Shown here in pieces: positions 1 to 9,653 of a DNA stretch of 64,000 nt. This stretch comes from Opitutaceae bacterium (GTDB lineage Bacteria > Verrucomicrobiota > Verrucomicrobiia > Opitutales > Coraliomargaritaceae), in contig JBPOFY010000010.1 in the NCBI GenBank assembly GCA_051252375.1, forward strand, positions 32,001 through 96,000. The letters are read 5' to 3'. A program made the position numbers and the translations under genes. Under the pieces are notes generated by a model that was not told the origin of the DNA, ran no database searches, and worked only from the letters and a program-made list of their open reading frames with translations. The first letter of the stretch is position 1, and each line of letters opens with the position of its first letter.

Positions 1-1193
1 TCTCCTTTGTGGATTTTGGCGATTTCGAGCATGCCGGTTTTAAGCGTCTTGTCTTCAGTGTCGACGACACGTCCACCTTCAATGAAGAGACCGAGGTTCC
101 ACTTGCCATTGACGCCTTCTAGCCAGCCATAGCGATCACCTGTGCTGGTGAATTTGTAGTCGCGTGCATCTTCAAGTTTATAACCAAGACGGGTTTCGAG
201 CTCTTCACGGATCCAGTCCTTACCGAGACGTTCTACTGTATATTTGAAACGAGCATTGGCACGCTCGACTCGGTTGCCGTGGTCTCGTTGAATGGTGACG
301 ATCTTTTCTGCGACTGCGACTGCTTGGTCGGGTGTGCAGAATGCCAAGACATCCGCAAGACGTGGGAAGGTCTTTTCATTACCATGAGTCATGCCCATGC
401 CACCGCCAACAGTCACGTTGAAACCTGCAAGTTTACCGTCTTCAACAATCGCAATGAAGCCGAGGCAGTTGGCGAAAATATCAACGTCGTTGTATGGCGG
501 AACCGCGACTGCGATTTTAAACTTACGTGGGAGATAGGTTTTACCATAAAGCGGTTCAACATCATCGCCGCCGCAATCTTTAGAGCGTTCTGCTGCCTGT
601 TCGACGCTGAGTTTGATTGGCTTACCATCCAACCACATTTCGGAGAAAGCGGGTGTTTGCGGCTTTAAGTGCGCATCGATTTCCTCGGTAACCTTCTGGA
701 CTTCAGTATACACTTCAGTCGCAAATGGCACTGGGTTGCACATGACGTTACGGTTCACGTCGCCACAAGCTGCAAGTGTGGTCATCGCGACCTCGTTGCA
801 GGAGCTGATCACTTCCTTGAGATTACCTTTTAGGATGCCATGTAATTGGAAGGCCTGACGTGTGGTCAATTTCAAGGTGTTGAAAGCGCAATAGTTGGCT
901 AGATCATCCATGACAATCCACTGCTCAGGGGTGCACACGCCTCCAGGTAGGCAGATACGCGCTAAAAAGGAATATGCCTTATCCAGCTTGTGCTTGCGAC
1001 GCTCGTTACGAACATCGCGGTCATCTTGCTGGTAAAGTCCGTGGAATTTTGTCAATTGCTGGTCATCAGCGGCAATAGAACCGGTCGACACATCGGCAAG
1101 TCCTTCTAGGATCGTGCCACGCAGATAGTTACTGCGAGTTTTTATGCCCTCATTCTTATGCAATTGGGGTGCGGATTGGCTGTCGGATATCAT
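1..1193 (-). CDS. cysI: Assimilatory sulfite reductase hemoprotein (beta) subunit, partial (3' end runs off the window start)
   Basis: Not in the ORF track. Manual translation from ATG at 1193 gives MISDSQSAPQLHKNEGIKTRSNYLRGTI...KFHGLYQQDDRD...AACGDVNRNVM...TYLPRKFK, all CysI motifs. Confidence 0.93.
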   Translation of the reverse strand, partial: MISDSQSAPQLHKNEGIKTRSNYLRGTILEGLADVSTGSIAADDQQLTKFHGLYQQDDRDVRNERRKHKLDKAYSFLARICLPGGVCTPEQWIVMDDLANYCAFNTLKLTTRQAFQLHGILKGNLKEVISSCNEVAMTTLAACGDVNRNVMCNPVPFATEVYTEVQKVTEEIDAHLKPQTPAFSEMWLDGKPIKLSVEQAAERSKDCGGDDVEPLYGKTYLPRKFKIAVAVPPYNDVDIFANCLGFIAIVEDGKLAGFNVTVGGGMGMTHGNEKTFPRLADVLAFCTPDQAVAVAEKIVTIQRDHGNRVERANARFKYTVERLGKDWIREELETRLGYKLEDARDYKFTSTGDRYGWLEGVNGKWNLGLFIEGGRVVDTEDKTLKTGMLEIAKIHKG

Positions 1194-1390
1194 AATTTAG
1201 CTGGAATAAATGTGTTCTAAGGCGTCTAGCAAACCTCAATACAGATCTTTATGAGATTTTGATTTGCAATTAGCACCCATTCTTAGGTTTATAACTCAAG
1301 AACTAATAAAAAGAAACTAAAAAGTCAATTCAGGCTAGCATTTTAAGCATTGGCTGGTTTGATATCTGACTTTCCACCCGTTGATGCATA

Positions 1391-3193
1391 ATGAGCAAAA
1401 CAGACCCAGTCGTCCCTAATACCGCCCCACTCGCACCGGATCAAGTGCAGTGGCTCAACAACTTTCTACCTGCATTGCAGCCCGACCAACTGATCTGGCT
1501 GGAAGGCTTCATTAGTGGATTACGTGCCGGCCAAGGGGGCGCTGCACCCGCAGCCACTGTGACTGCTGCTGCTCCGTCGCTGACGGTCCTCTATGGAACG
1601 GAGTCTGGAAACTCTGAATCTCTTGCAGACCAAACAGTTAAGGCAGCTAACGCGAATGGCTTTAAAGCCAAGGCGGTCAACATGTCGGATCTCAAACTCA
1701 CAAAACTGAAGGACATCGAGAACCTACTCGTGATCGTCAGCACTTGGGGCGAAGGTGATCCTCCAGAATCGGCTACCGATTTCTACGCCGACTTCATGAG
1801 CGACAAAGCCCCAAAGCTGGAGAACACACGTTTCTCGGTTATCGGTCTTGGTGACACGAGCTACGAGCACTTCTGCAAAATGGGCATAGACTTCGACGCA
1901 CGGCTCGAAGCGCTCGGCGCAAAACGTATCTACGACCGTGTCGATTGTGATGTCGACTATGACGATGCCTATGCCGCATGGCAAAAAGGCGCGCTAGCAG
2001 CCCTTGAGGCAGTTGCGAAGCCAGCCGCCTCAGCAACGACCGCAGCTCCTGCCGCAACGACTGCCACGGTTAAATACTCTCGTAAGAACCCCTTCCCTTC
2101 GGAATTGAGTGAGCGTGTCATGCTCAATGGTCGTGGTTCCGCCAAGGAAACGATTCACTTGGAATTCGACCTCGAAGGTTCCGGTTTGGCATACGAAGCT
2201 GGTGATGCACTCGCCGTGATTCCTCACAATGCGGAAGACGTGGTGAACGACATTATCGCGGCTACCAAGTTGGATGCCGACAGCCCCGTCCTCATCAAAG
2301 AGCAGGACTATACCTTGCGCGAAGCACTCACCACTCAACTGGATGTCACTGCCATTTCCTTACCAGTGTTGAAACGTTACAACGAGATCGCAAAAGATGC
2401 GAAACTCGCAGCGATGCTTGATCCGGAAAACAAGGCGCAACTACAGGACTATCTCTATGGTCGTGAGATTATCGACGTGCTAAATGACTTCCCCGCAAAG
2501 GAAATCACCGCAGATGCTTTGGTCGGCATCATGCGCAAGTTGCCACCTCGCCTCTACTCTATCGCTTCCAGCCCGAAAGCGCATCCCGGTGAAGTGCACT
2601 TAACTGTTGGTGTCGTTCGTTACGATGCCCATGGCCGCAACCGTAAAGGTGTTTGCTCCACTTACTTGGCAGAGCGTATCGAAGAAGGCGGCAAAGCTGA
2701 AATTTTCGTCACACCAAACAAGCACTTCAAAGTGCCAGCCAATCCCGATGCACCAATGATCATGATTGGTCCCGGGACAGGCATCGCACCCTTCCGTGCA
2801 TTTGTCGAAGAACGCAAAGCCATCGGCGCCAAGGGTAAGAACTGGCTCTTCTTTGGTGACCAACATTATTTGACCGACTTCCTTTATCAGATGGAATGGC
2901 AAGATTATCTTGCCGACGGTATTTTGACAAAGCTCGACGTCGCTTTCTCGCGCGATCAAGCAGAGAAAGTATATGTGCAAGACCGTATGCGTGAAAACGC
3001 GAAGGAGCTCTACACATGGCTGCAAGAAGGTGCTTCCTTCTACGTCTGTGGTGATGCCAGCCGCATGGCGACCGATGTCGATACCGCACTACACGACATC
3101 GTTCAAGCCGAAGGCGGCATGAGCGCTGAGGAAGCAGCTGCATATGTCAAACAGTTGAAAACGGATAAGCGCTACTTGCGTGACGTTTACTAG
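1391..3193 (+). CDS. cysJ: Assimilatory sulfite reductase flavoprotein (alpha) subunit
   Basis: Flavodoxin motifs YGTESGNSE and STWGEGDPP, FAD motif PRLYSIASS, NADPH motif GPGTGIAPFR, C-terminal RYLRDVY; adjacent to cysI. Confidence 0.95.
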   Translation: MSKTDPVVPNTAPLAPDQVQWLNNFLPALQPDQLIWLEGFISGLRAGQGGAAPAATVTAAAPSLTVLYGTESGNSESLADQTVKAANANGFKAKAVNMSDLKLTKLKDIENLLVIVSTWGEGDPPESATDFYADFMSDKAPKLENTRFSVIGLGDTSYEHFCKMGIDFDARLEALGAKRIYDRVDCDVDYDDAYAAWQKGALAALEAVAKPAASATTAAPAATTATVKYSRKNPFPSELSERVMLNGRGSAKETIHLEFDLEGSGLAYEAGDALAVIPHNAEDVVNDIIAATKLDADSPVLIKEQDYTLREALTTQLDVTAISLPVLKRYNEIAKDAKLAAMLDPENKAQLQDYLYGREIIDVLNDFPAKEITADALVGIMRKLPPRLYSIASSPKAHPGEVHLTVGVVRYDAHGRNRKGVCSTYLAERIEEGGKAEIFVTPNKHFKVPANPDAPMIMIGPGTGIAPFRAFVEERKAIGAKGKNWLFFGDQHYLTDFLYQMEWQDYLADGILTKLDVAFSRDQAEKVYVQDRMRENAKELYTWLQEGASFYVCGDASRMATDVDTALHDIVQAEGGMSAEEAAAYVKQLKTDKRYLRDVY

Positions 3194-3208
3194 GTCAGCC
3201 CAGTTGCG

Positions 3209-4117
3209 ATGCCCGAGAAGGATGCCAAGCAAGCCGTAGATGTCCTCTGCGTCGGCTTTGCTTGCGTAGATCTCAACTTCAACACGGATCATCATCCAGC
3301 AGCCGACGAAAAACTGCGTGCCACCGCAATGCACACCTGTGGCGGTGGCCCAGCTGCAAATGCAGCCGTTGCCATAGCACGTCTCGACGGGAGTGCTCGT
3401 TTTTGTGGCTATCTAGGCGACGATGCCTTTGGCGACGCCCATATTCGTGAATTCGAACATGATGGTGTCTTGGTCGACAGCTTAACACGAGGCGACGCCC
3501 CTACGCCGGTGGCGACCGTCATCGTTAAACCCGACGGCTGTCGCGCAAACATTAGCTATCGATCGACCCAAGCGATCTCACCAGTAGATGCCCTCAACTT
3601 CGCCGACTACCCAGCAAAAGTGCTCCTCGTCGATGGTCATCAGCCCCTACTCTCGCTCGCGCTGATCGAAGAAGCCCGACGCCTTGGCATCCCCAGCATC
3701 TTAGATGCCGGCTCAGTAAGCGACGGCACCATGATGTTGTTCAATCAAGTGGATTACTTAGTGACGTCAGAGAAGTTTGCTCGTGATTACACCGGCGAAG
3801 ATGACCCGCGCACCGCACTTGCCGCATTGGATGGCAGCGCACCTTTCATAGCAATCACTTGGGGCGCCGATGGCGTGTATTGGCAAGATGAATACGGACA
3901 GCACCATTCGCCAGCATTTGACATCGAAGCCGTCGACACGAACGGAGCCGGCGATGCCTTCCATGGCGCATTTGCACTTGGCATCGCTCAAGGTCTAAAG
4001 CCAAAAGAAAACATCCGACGATCTAATGCGGTCGGCGCGCTAACATGCTTAAAGGTCGGTGCCCGATCAGCTTTACCCGCACTTGGCGCGGTCAACCGAC
4101 TGTGCGGCACTGTTTAA
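3209..4117 (+). CDS. PfkB/ribokinase-family carbohydrate kinase (YihV-like)
   Basis: [15 protein letters not shown] and [12 protein letters not shown]fkB signatures; 15 bp downstream of cysJ. Confidence 0.88.
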   Translation: MPEKDAKQAVDVLCVGFACVDLNFNTDHHPAADEKLRATAMHTCGGGPAANAAVAIARLDGSARFCGYLGDDAFGDAHIREFEHDGVLVDSLTRGDAPTPVATVIVKPDGCRANISYRSTQAISPVDALNFADYPAKVLLVDGHQPLLSLALIEEARRLGIPSILDAGSVSDGTMMLFNQVDYLVTSEKFARDYTGEDDPRTALAALDGSAPFIAITWGADGVYWQDEYGQHHSPAFDIEAVDTNGAGDAFHGAFALGIAQGLKPKENIRRSNAVGALTCLKVGARSALPALGAVNRLCGTV

Positions 4118-4134
4118 AGTCATCAAATCAAAGC

Positions 4135-4217
4135 TGTAGCCACGGCAGTCCCCTGCCGTGTGTTTGTTGCAGTCAACGCTCACGCTGAAGGGCACGTCAC
4201 AGAGTAACGTGGCTACA
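4135..4217. repeat. Inverted pair of GTAG-type REP-like palindromes (REPIN-like)
   Basis: Terminal inverted repeat TGTAGCCACG...CGTGGCTACA. Left unit GTAGC-CACGGCAG-TCCC-CTGCCGTG; right unit (reverse complement) GTAGC-CACGTTAC-TCT-GTGACGTG. Confidence 0.7.
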
Positions 4218-4248
4218 TCAACAGCCAATTAAATGTCCAATGCGGATC

Positions 4249-4276
4249 TTGATTAAAGATATATTGCTCCTATAGT
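4249..4276 (+). promoter_or_regulatory. Candidate sigma70-like promoter for the 4285 gene
   Basis: TTGATT (4249-4254), 16-bp spacer, TATAGT (4271-4276); ATG at 4285. Confidence 0.35.
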
Positions 4277-4284
4277 CCCTCAAC

Positions 4285-4644
4285 ATGAAAGCACGCAGTT
4301 TACGCCATCGCCTCGAAAAAGCCTCCAAGCTTTTAGTGATCATCCAAAAACATATACCAGATGTGGATTGCCGCTTAGATGAGGATAAAGGTGACAACGG
4401 TCATGTGGTCGTCGACTTCACCGGCAGTGGCGTCAGCCGAAGCAAGATGGTTGCCCTTGGCAAAGATTTGGAGGGCAAGGGCTATCGATTCCTAGAGAAG
4501 AAAAGCCCGTGGCTCGGTCAAATCACTTACCAAGGCAAGGCCGACGAGAAATCGACTATTATCATCACCCTACCCATCACGAAAGATCGACTGGGTATCA
4601 ATGAAGACGCACCAGAGCGTCCTTACTCCTTCGCCAACGCATAA
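4285..4644 (+). CDS. Hypothetical protein (119 aa, basic)
   Basis: ORF fills the gap between two REP-like elements and has a candidate promoter; no family recognised. Confidence 0.7.
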   Translation: MKARSLRHRLEKASKLLVIIQKHIPDVDCRLDEDKGDNGHVVVDFTGSGVSRSKMVALGKDLEGKGYRFLEKKSPWLGQITYQGKADEKSTIIITLPITKDRLGINEDAPERPYSFANA

Positions 4645-4687
4645 GCGTTCAATAAACGAGCCGTAATCTTAATCACAGCAAAACTAA

Positions 4688-4779
4688 ATAGGGATCGTTA
4701 TCCTTAACGATCCCTATCGAGTGAGCACCTATATACGACCCTCGACAGAATCGGCACGATAAGGATATCGTGCCCTACC
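4688..4779. repeat. Inverted pair of GTAG-type REP-like palindromes with ATCCTT loop
   Basis: ATAGGGATCGTT-ATCCTT-AACGATCCCTAT (4688-4717) and, on the reverse complement, GGTAG-GGCACGAT-ATCCTT-ATCGTGCC (4753-4779). Same family as 23612-23682. Confidence 0.75.
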
Positions 4780-4824
4780 TTCTGAAAGACGCACAGTCAG
4801 AACTTCAATCCACTCATCAAAACT

Positions 4825-5661
4825 ATGGCAGACATCGGCCGATTCAACAAACTGACCATCATCGAGCATTCCGACCACGGGCTCTACCTTGACGCGAAGC
4901 CAGAAGAAAAAATCTTGCTCCCCAATGCTTACGTGACGCCAGATATGAAGATCGGCGACGAGATCGAAGTCTTCATCTATAACGATTCCGAAGATCGCTT
5001 GGTCGCCACCACCGAGACACCGCTGGCCCAAGCTGGCGAATTCGCTTATCTCGAAGTCATTAGCGTCAACCCTCGCGTCGGCGCATTCTTAGATTGGGGT
5101 CTACAAAAAGACCTGCTCCTTCCGTTCCGTGAACAAGGCGATTGGACCTTCCGCGAAGGTGACGGCGCGATCGTTGCGGTCTATGTCGACGAATACACCA
5201 ACCGAATCGTCGCTTCCGCTCGCTTACACCTACACCTTTCAGAGACCAAGCCCGAGTATCAACCGAACGACCCCGTCCATGTGTTGATCTATGGCGACTC
5301 CCCGCTCGGCTATAAAGCCATCGTCGACAAAAAGCATCGCGGCCTGCTCTACCACGAAGAGACCTCCGACAAATTGGAACCCGGCGATCAATTCACAGGC
5401 TACATTAAAAATGTGCACGCCAGCGGTAAGATCGACCTACGTCGTGATTTATCTGGGCGTAAACGTGTCGAAACAATCAGCGAATCGATCCTCCGTATTC
5501 TTGAAGACGCTGGCGGCGAGATGCCCTATCACGACAAAAGCAGCCCGGAAGAAATCCGCAAAGTTTTCAACACGAGTAAAAAGGCATTCAAACAAGCCTG
5601 CGCTGCGCTTTACAAACAACGCATCATCGAAATCAACGATCAAGGCATCAAGAAGGTTTAG
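4825..5661 (+). CDS. CvfB/YitL-family S1-domain RNA-binding protein
   Basis: Repeated S1-like segments, [15 protein letters not shown], and a C-terminal winged helix [20 protein letters not shown]. Confidence 0.88.
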   Translation: MADIGRFNKLTIIEHSDHGLYLDAKPEEKILLPNAYVTPDMKIGDEIEVFIYNDSEDRLVATTETPLAQAGEFAYLEVISVNPRVGAFLDWGLQKDLLLPFREQGDWTFREGDGAIVAVYVDEYTNRIVASARLHLHLSETKPEYQPNDPVHVLIYGDSPLGYKAIVDKKHRGLLYHEETSDKLEPGDQFTGYIKNVHASGKIDLRRDLSGRKRVETISESILRILEDAGGEMPYHDKSSPEEIRKVFNTSKKAFKQACAALYKQRIIEINDQGIKKV

Positions 5662-5678
5662 CCATCGTCAGTGCACAT

Positions 5679-5717
5679 AAAAAAGTCCCCAAAGCCGAAC
5701 GGCACTTGGAGACTTTT
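5679..5717 (-). terminator. Intrinsic terminator between convergent genes (possibly bidirectional)
   Basis: Minus strand AGTCTCCAAGTGCC-GTTC-GGCTTTGGGGACT followed by a T run; the plus strand also ends in TTTT. Confidence 0.7.
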
Positions 5718-5740
5718 AGAAAATTAGCTTGTTCAGCGAA

Positions 5741-6556
5741 CTAAGCGCGACGGCGGCGAAGCATGACAGATGACAGCGCGAGGCAACCAGCGAGCAGCGC
5801 GTAGGCAGAAGGCTCAGGGACAGTGTCAAACGTTACACCGCCCAATCCAGCGACAGTAGGGTTCGGGGCCCCTCCTTCGACAATGATCGTGTAATCGCCA
5901 TCGCTATCGATATCGAAAAACACCCAGCCGAGGCTAGCACCCGCAGTGCCGTCCGACAAATTTGGCAAGCCCGTGACGCTTGCGATGTTGACGCCATCGG
6001 TCAAGCGAATGTTAGGTATAGTAAAGCGTGCACGGTCGTCGTCATTCAAGACTGTAAGGATGCCCACACGAATGGTCGTATCAGCGGCTAGATCGCTGAC
6101 CGTAAATTCGAGTGCCTCATAACCGGGGCCAGAGACGAGCAAGTTGCCTGCGACACGATCGGTTCCATCGGCTAGGATCGGGCTGTCAATGGATTCGTAG
6201 CCAGCGTAGCGACCGATGTTGCTACTATCGGCACCTGTAGCAGCAGTCGAGATGTAACCAGGCTGAGAAGCAGTAAGCAACGTAGAGCTCATTACATTGG
6301 CACCAAATATGTTCTCGTTTTGATCATTACCAGGATTGGTATTGTTATTCGGAGTGGTCACAGGGAAATTACCAAAGAAGATATATCCATCAGTGCCGAG
6401 GCCGTTGCCATCAATGTCGTTGGTGGTTTCAGTTAACCAGTCCTTGTTGGTGCTTTGATAGCCCGTTGCGCCACCAAAAATCGCAATACCAGCATTGGCT
6501 GCCAATGACGCTGTCAAGAAAGCAGCTGATGTGAGAATTAGGGTATTTGTTTTCAT
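5741..6556 (-). CDS. PEP-CTERM sorting-domain surface protein; ectodomain homologous to the N-terminal domain of the sensor kinase at 50278
   Basis: Signal peptide; C-terminal VPEPSAYALLAGCLALSSVMLRRRRA. Confidence 0.92.
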   Translation of the reverse strand: MKTNTLILTSAAFLTASLAANAGIAIFGGATGYQSTNKDWLTETTNDIDGNGLGTDGYIFFGNFPVTTPNNNTNPGNDQNENIFGANVMSSTLLTASQPGYISTAATGADSSNIGRYAGYESIDSPILADGTDRVAGNLLVSGPGYEALEFTVSDLAADTTIRVGILTVLNDDDRARFTIPNIRLTDGVNIASVTGLPNLSDGTAGASLGWVFFDIDSDGDYTIIVEGGAPNPTVAGLGGVTFDTVPEPSAYALLAGCLALSSVMLRRRRA

Positions 6557-6624
6557 GTTAGATAAATACTTGGGGAGAAATTAGATTAAGGTCATATAAA
6601 TATCATAATATACCATTATTGTCC

Positions 6625-6642
6625 ATCACTGAAATAAGGTAT
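6625..6642. promoter_or_regulatory. Candidate response-regulator operator (imperfect 6-6-6 inverted repeat)
   Basis: ATCACT-GAAATA-AGGTAT; 15/18 identical to 49504-49521; ~70 bp upstream of the PEP-CTERM start. Confidence 0.5.
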
Positions 6643-6738
6643 TTAGGGCTATATTTTACACATTTCATAGGGAAAGAGGCACATAAGTGCGTCAATCTGC
6701 CCGGAATCGGTGACGCATTGAACCACGTCCCCTACCCT

Positions 6739-7863
6739 TTATTGAACTGAGAAACGATAAACAGTCGTCTTTTCATACACCTCTGCGGGACGGAGGATCG
6801 GTGATTTAAAGTTTGGCTGATTGATCGCGTCGGGGAAGTGCTGGCACTCGAAACAAATCGCGATGCGGTGCGTATATGGGATGTCATCGCGACCAACTAC
6901 GGATCCGTCGAACCAGTTACCGGAATACACTTGGACGCCGTGGTCAGTGGAGAGCATTTCCATCATACGACCACTCTTCGGATCGTGTAAACGTGCTACT
7001 GGTCGTAGCGTGCCCGGCTCGCCGTTAATCACAAAATTATGGTCGTAGCCTTTGCCGATCTTCAGTTGCACATCGTCTGCGTCAATGTCGCGCCCGATTG
7101 GCTTTGGCTGACTGAAGTCAAAAGGTGTGCCAGCGACCGAACGGATCTCACCGGTTGGAATGTAGTTCTCGTCGGTTGGATTATAGGCATCAGCAAACAG
7201 CTGAAGTTCTTGATCCAAGATACTCCGACTGCTGGGCCCGCCGATATTCCAGTAACTGTGATGCGTGATATTACAGATCGTTGGCTTATCCGTCGTTGCT
7301 TCGTATTGAATTTGCAGACCGTTGTCGGCGGTCAGTGTGTAGGTCGTCGTGAGCTCTAATTCCCCGGGAAAGCCCTCCTCGCCATCAGGTGAGGTGTATG
7401 TGAGTTTCAATTGCGGCTCGCCGTTGATCACCGATGCGGACCCCTTCCATAATTTTTTATTAAAGCCCTTAACGCCGCCGTGCATGTGGTTGGGGCCATT
7501 GTTTGTCGCCAGTTGATAGTCGTGCCCATCGATTGAAAACTTGCCATGCTTAATACGATTAGCAGTGCGACCAGTGATGGCACCATACCAGCCTTCGTCC
7601 GCTTCGTATGCGGGGAAGTCCTCAAAGCCGAGCACGACGTCCTCTAGTTTACCGTCACGATCTGGCACTAGTAGGCTGACGACGACGCCACCATAGTCGG
7701 TGATCTTTGCCACCATGCCTTGTTCATTAGTCATGGTGTAAAGCGTGACTGGCTTCCCTTCGAACTCGCCGAAGTCATTGAGTGCGATGGAGGCTGGACC
7801 TCCAGATGCATGCGTAGCTGCGTAGATGCTCATGATAAGTAAAATTGGGGTCAGTAGTTTCAT
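6739..7863 (-). CDS. galM: Aldose 1-epimerase (mutarotase) with signal peptide
   Basis: GRTANRI, NHMHGG, HHSYWN, GYDHNF and CFECQHFPD motifs. Start moved to ATG 7863 (MKLLTPILLIMS... signal peptide) to avoid overlap with the upstream gene. Confidence 0.9.
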   Translation of the reverse strand: MKLLTPILLIMSIYAATHASGGPASIALNDFGEFEGKPVTLYTMTNEQGMVAKITDYGGVVVSLLVPDRDGKLEDVVLGFEDFPAYEADEGWYGAITGRTANRIKHGKFSIDGHDYQLATNNGPNHMHGGVKGFNKKLWKGSASVINGEPQLKLTYTSPDGEEGFPGELELTTTYTLTADNGLQIQYEATTDKPTICNITHHSYWNIGGPSSRSILDQELQLFADAYNPTDENYIPTGEIRSVAGTPFDFSQPKPIGRDIDADDVQLKIGKGYDHNFVINGEPGTLRPVARLHDPKSGRMMEMLSTDHGVQVYSGNWFDGSVVGRDDIPYTHRIAICFECQHFPDAINQPNFKSPILRPAEVYEKTTVYRFSVQ

Positions 7864-7882
7864 GGAGTAGGCATTTTGTAGT

Positions 7883-8656
7883 TTAAGAAAGGCTACGCCC
7901 ACCGTTCACGCAAAGCGTCTGTCCGGTGACAAAGGAGGCAGCAGGAGAACAGAAATTGGCGACAGCCACGGCGATATCTTCGGGGATGCCCCATCGTCCT
8001 ACCGGAATGGCTTCAAGGTAGGCATCCAAATCGGCTTGGCTGGTATCGGCATGTCGTTCCGTCGGGATCCAACCTGGAGAGACTGTGTTGACAGTAATTC
8101 CAAATGAGGCGAGCTCGTTGGACATACTATGGGTCCAAGCCTTTTGACCGCCTTTGGCAGCAACATAGGCGCTGAAGTTCGGCACCCCAAGTTCGACGAC
8201 TTCACTTGAGAGATTCACAATGCGCCCCCAGCCTTTCTCCTTCATCTCACCGACTACCGCTTGCGTGAGAAGGAAGGGGCTCTTGATGAAGAACCGCACC
8301 ATCTCTTCGTAGTCTTCCCAAGTGTAGTCTTCGATAGGTTTCACTGGTTGGTCCAAGGTAGCATTGGGCACGAGTATATCGATGTCCCCGAGCTGTGCCT
8401 TGATCGCGGCAACTAAGTTTTGAATCGATGCTTGATCGGTGACGTCAGCCTGAAAAAGCGCCCCGACCCCACCACTTTTGGTAAACGATTCAAACGCGGC
8501 TTCTGCACGCAATTGATTATGCGCATAGTTTAAGGCGACCTTCGCGCCACGACTGCCGAGCTCTTTCGCAATGGCGAGCCCTAAACCCGTCGTGCTACCT
8601 GTAACCAGTGCGACCTTACCTACTAAGTCTTGAGATTGATCTTTTGGATGATTCAT
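7883..8656 (-). CDS. Short-chain dehydrogenase/reductase (SDR)
   Basis: TGSTTGLG Rossmann motif, catalytic YVAAK, VNTVSPG. Confidence 0.92.
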   Translation of the reverse strand: MNHPKDQSQDLVGKVALVTGSTTGLGLAIAKELGSRGAKVALNYAHNQLRAEAAFESFTKSGGVGALFQADVTDQASIQNLVAAIKAQLGDIDILVPNATLDQPVKPIEDYTWEDYEEMVRFFIKSPFLLTQAVVGEMKEKGWGRIVNLSSEVVELGVPNFSAYVAAKGGQKAWTHSMSNELASFGITVNTVSPGWIPTERHADTSQADLDAYLEAIPVGRWGIPEDIAVAVANFCSPAASFVTGQTLCVNGGRSLS

Positions 8657-8665
8657 ACGTCGTGC

Positions 8666-9649
8666 CTATTTAGTGTAAGATTTAAGTGCGGTGCCGTTCG
8701 TCGTGAGAACGTGCACTTCATGCGATTTCGCTTTTGGGTGGTAAAACTCCCAGACCACTTCCTTCTCCGGCGTCACCTCAAAGTAAATTGGTTTCGAACG
8801 GTCTTTCTGTCCATAGCTACCAATCACCACATTACCATTTGGTAACAAATGCGCACCACAGGGATCTGCAAAGCGTCCATCGACATCGCTGTTATCGCAC
8901 TTCCAAAGCACTTCTCCATCGCTACCAAAAACAACCGTCTTATTGCCGTTGGTGAGATTCACTAGCGTGCTGCCGTCGTCCTTGCGAATCGCGGTGAAGG
9001 GCCAATTGCGCTGCTCTCGTCCACCCAGCTCCTCAAGGTCGGTTTTGATAATATTCACGACCTCACCTGTAGCTGTATATTCTTTAACACTGAATGCTAA
9101 CAAATGCGGAACGAGGTAGTTACCATTCGGCAATTTGCGCGCCATCCGTGTCTGCATGTGTGCGTTATCGGTTTCCGGTTGCAGAGGAAACTCTACCGAA
9201 ACTTGCCCCTCTTTTGTGATTTCCATCAAGCGTGGCCATCCCCCATTTTCCACAATCAAAGTGTTGCCATCATCAAGGCGCCAAGCTGCAGCGATCTCTT
9301 TATTCTTCTTACTATCCAGATGATAGGACCAGACGATATCAGTGCTGCCTTCAGCGTATTCAACCACGCGTCTCGACTCACAGATCAGGATATTTCCATC
9401 GGGTAGGACTGTGCCGTCACGTGAACCGCCCTTAACGGACCAGATAACTTTGCTCTCTTCGTCGAAGATCGCGGTCATCTTACTACCGGTAACAAGAAAT
9501 GAATGACGTATGCCGCTCTCGCTGACTTGGCGAACTTTGGGCAGAGGCACAGCTTCATTGGCTTCGTGGTGATCGGCGTTCGATTCAGCGAAAAGGAATA
9601 GCGACAGCATGGGCAATACCGCGAATTTTCTTAGATAGGTTAGTTTCAT
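8666..9649 (-). CDS. Secreted beta-propeller protein (arylsulfotransferase/PQQ-like repeats), function unknown
   Basis: Signal peptide; repeated blades LPDGNILI, LDDGNTLI, LPNGNYLV, DDGSTLV, LPNGNVVI with V(V/I/L)W motifs. Confidence 0.72.
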   Translation of the reverse strand: MKLTYLRKFAVLPMLSLFLFAESNADHHEANEAVPLPKVRQVSESGIRHSFLVTGSKMTAIFDEESKVIWSVKGGSRDGTVLPDGNILICESRRVVEYAEGSTDIVWSYHLDSKKNKEIAAAWRLDDGNTLIVENGGWPRLMEITKEGQVSVEFPLQPETDNAHMQTRMARKLPNGNYLVPHLLAFSVKEYTATGEVVNIIKTDLEELGGREQRNWPFTAIRKDDGSTLVNLTNGNKTVVFGSDGEVLWKCDNSDVDGRFADPCGAHLLPNGNVVIGSYGQKDRSKPIYFEVTPEKEVVWEFYHPKAKSHEVHVLTTNGTALKSYTK

Positions 9650-9653
9650 ATGA

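Noticed and set aside
279..858. ORF-track entries 279..668, 413..628 and 613..858
   Set aside because: Shadow frames over cysI, which the track missed because it runs off the window edge.
4135..4779. Clustered palindromes as a CRISPR array or tRNA
   Set aside because: No direct repeat-spacer periodicity, no cas genes, no cloverleaf or T-loop motif; they fit REP-like doublets.
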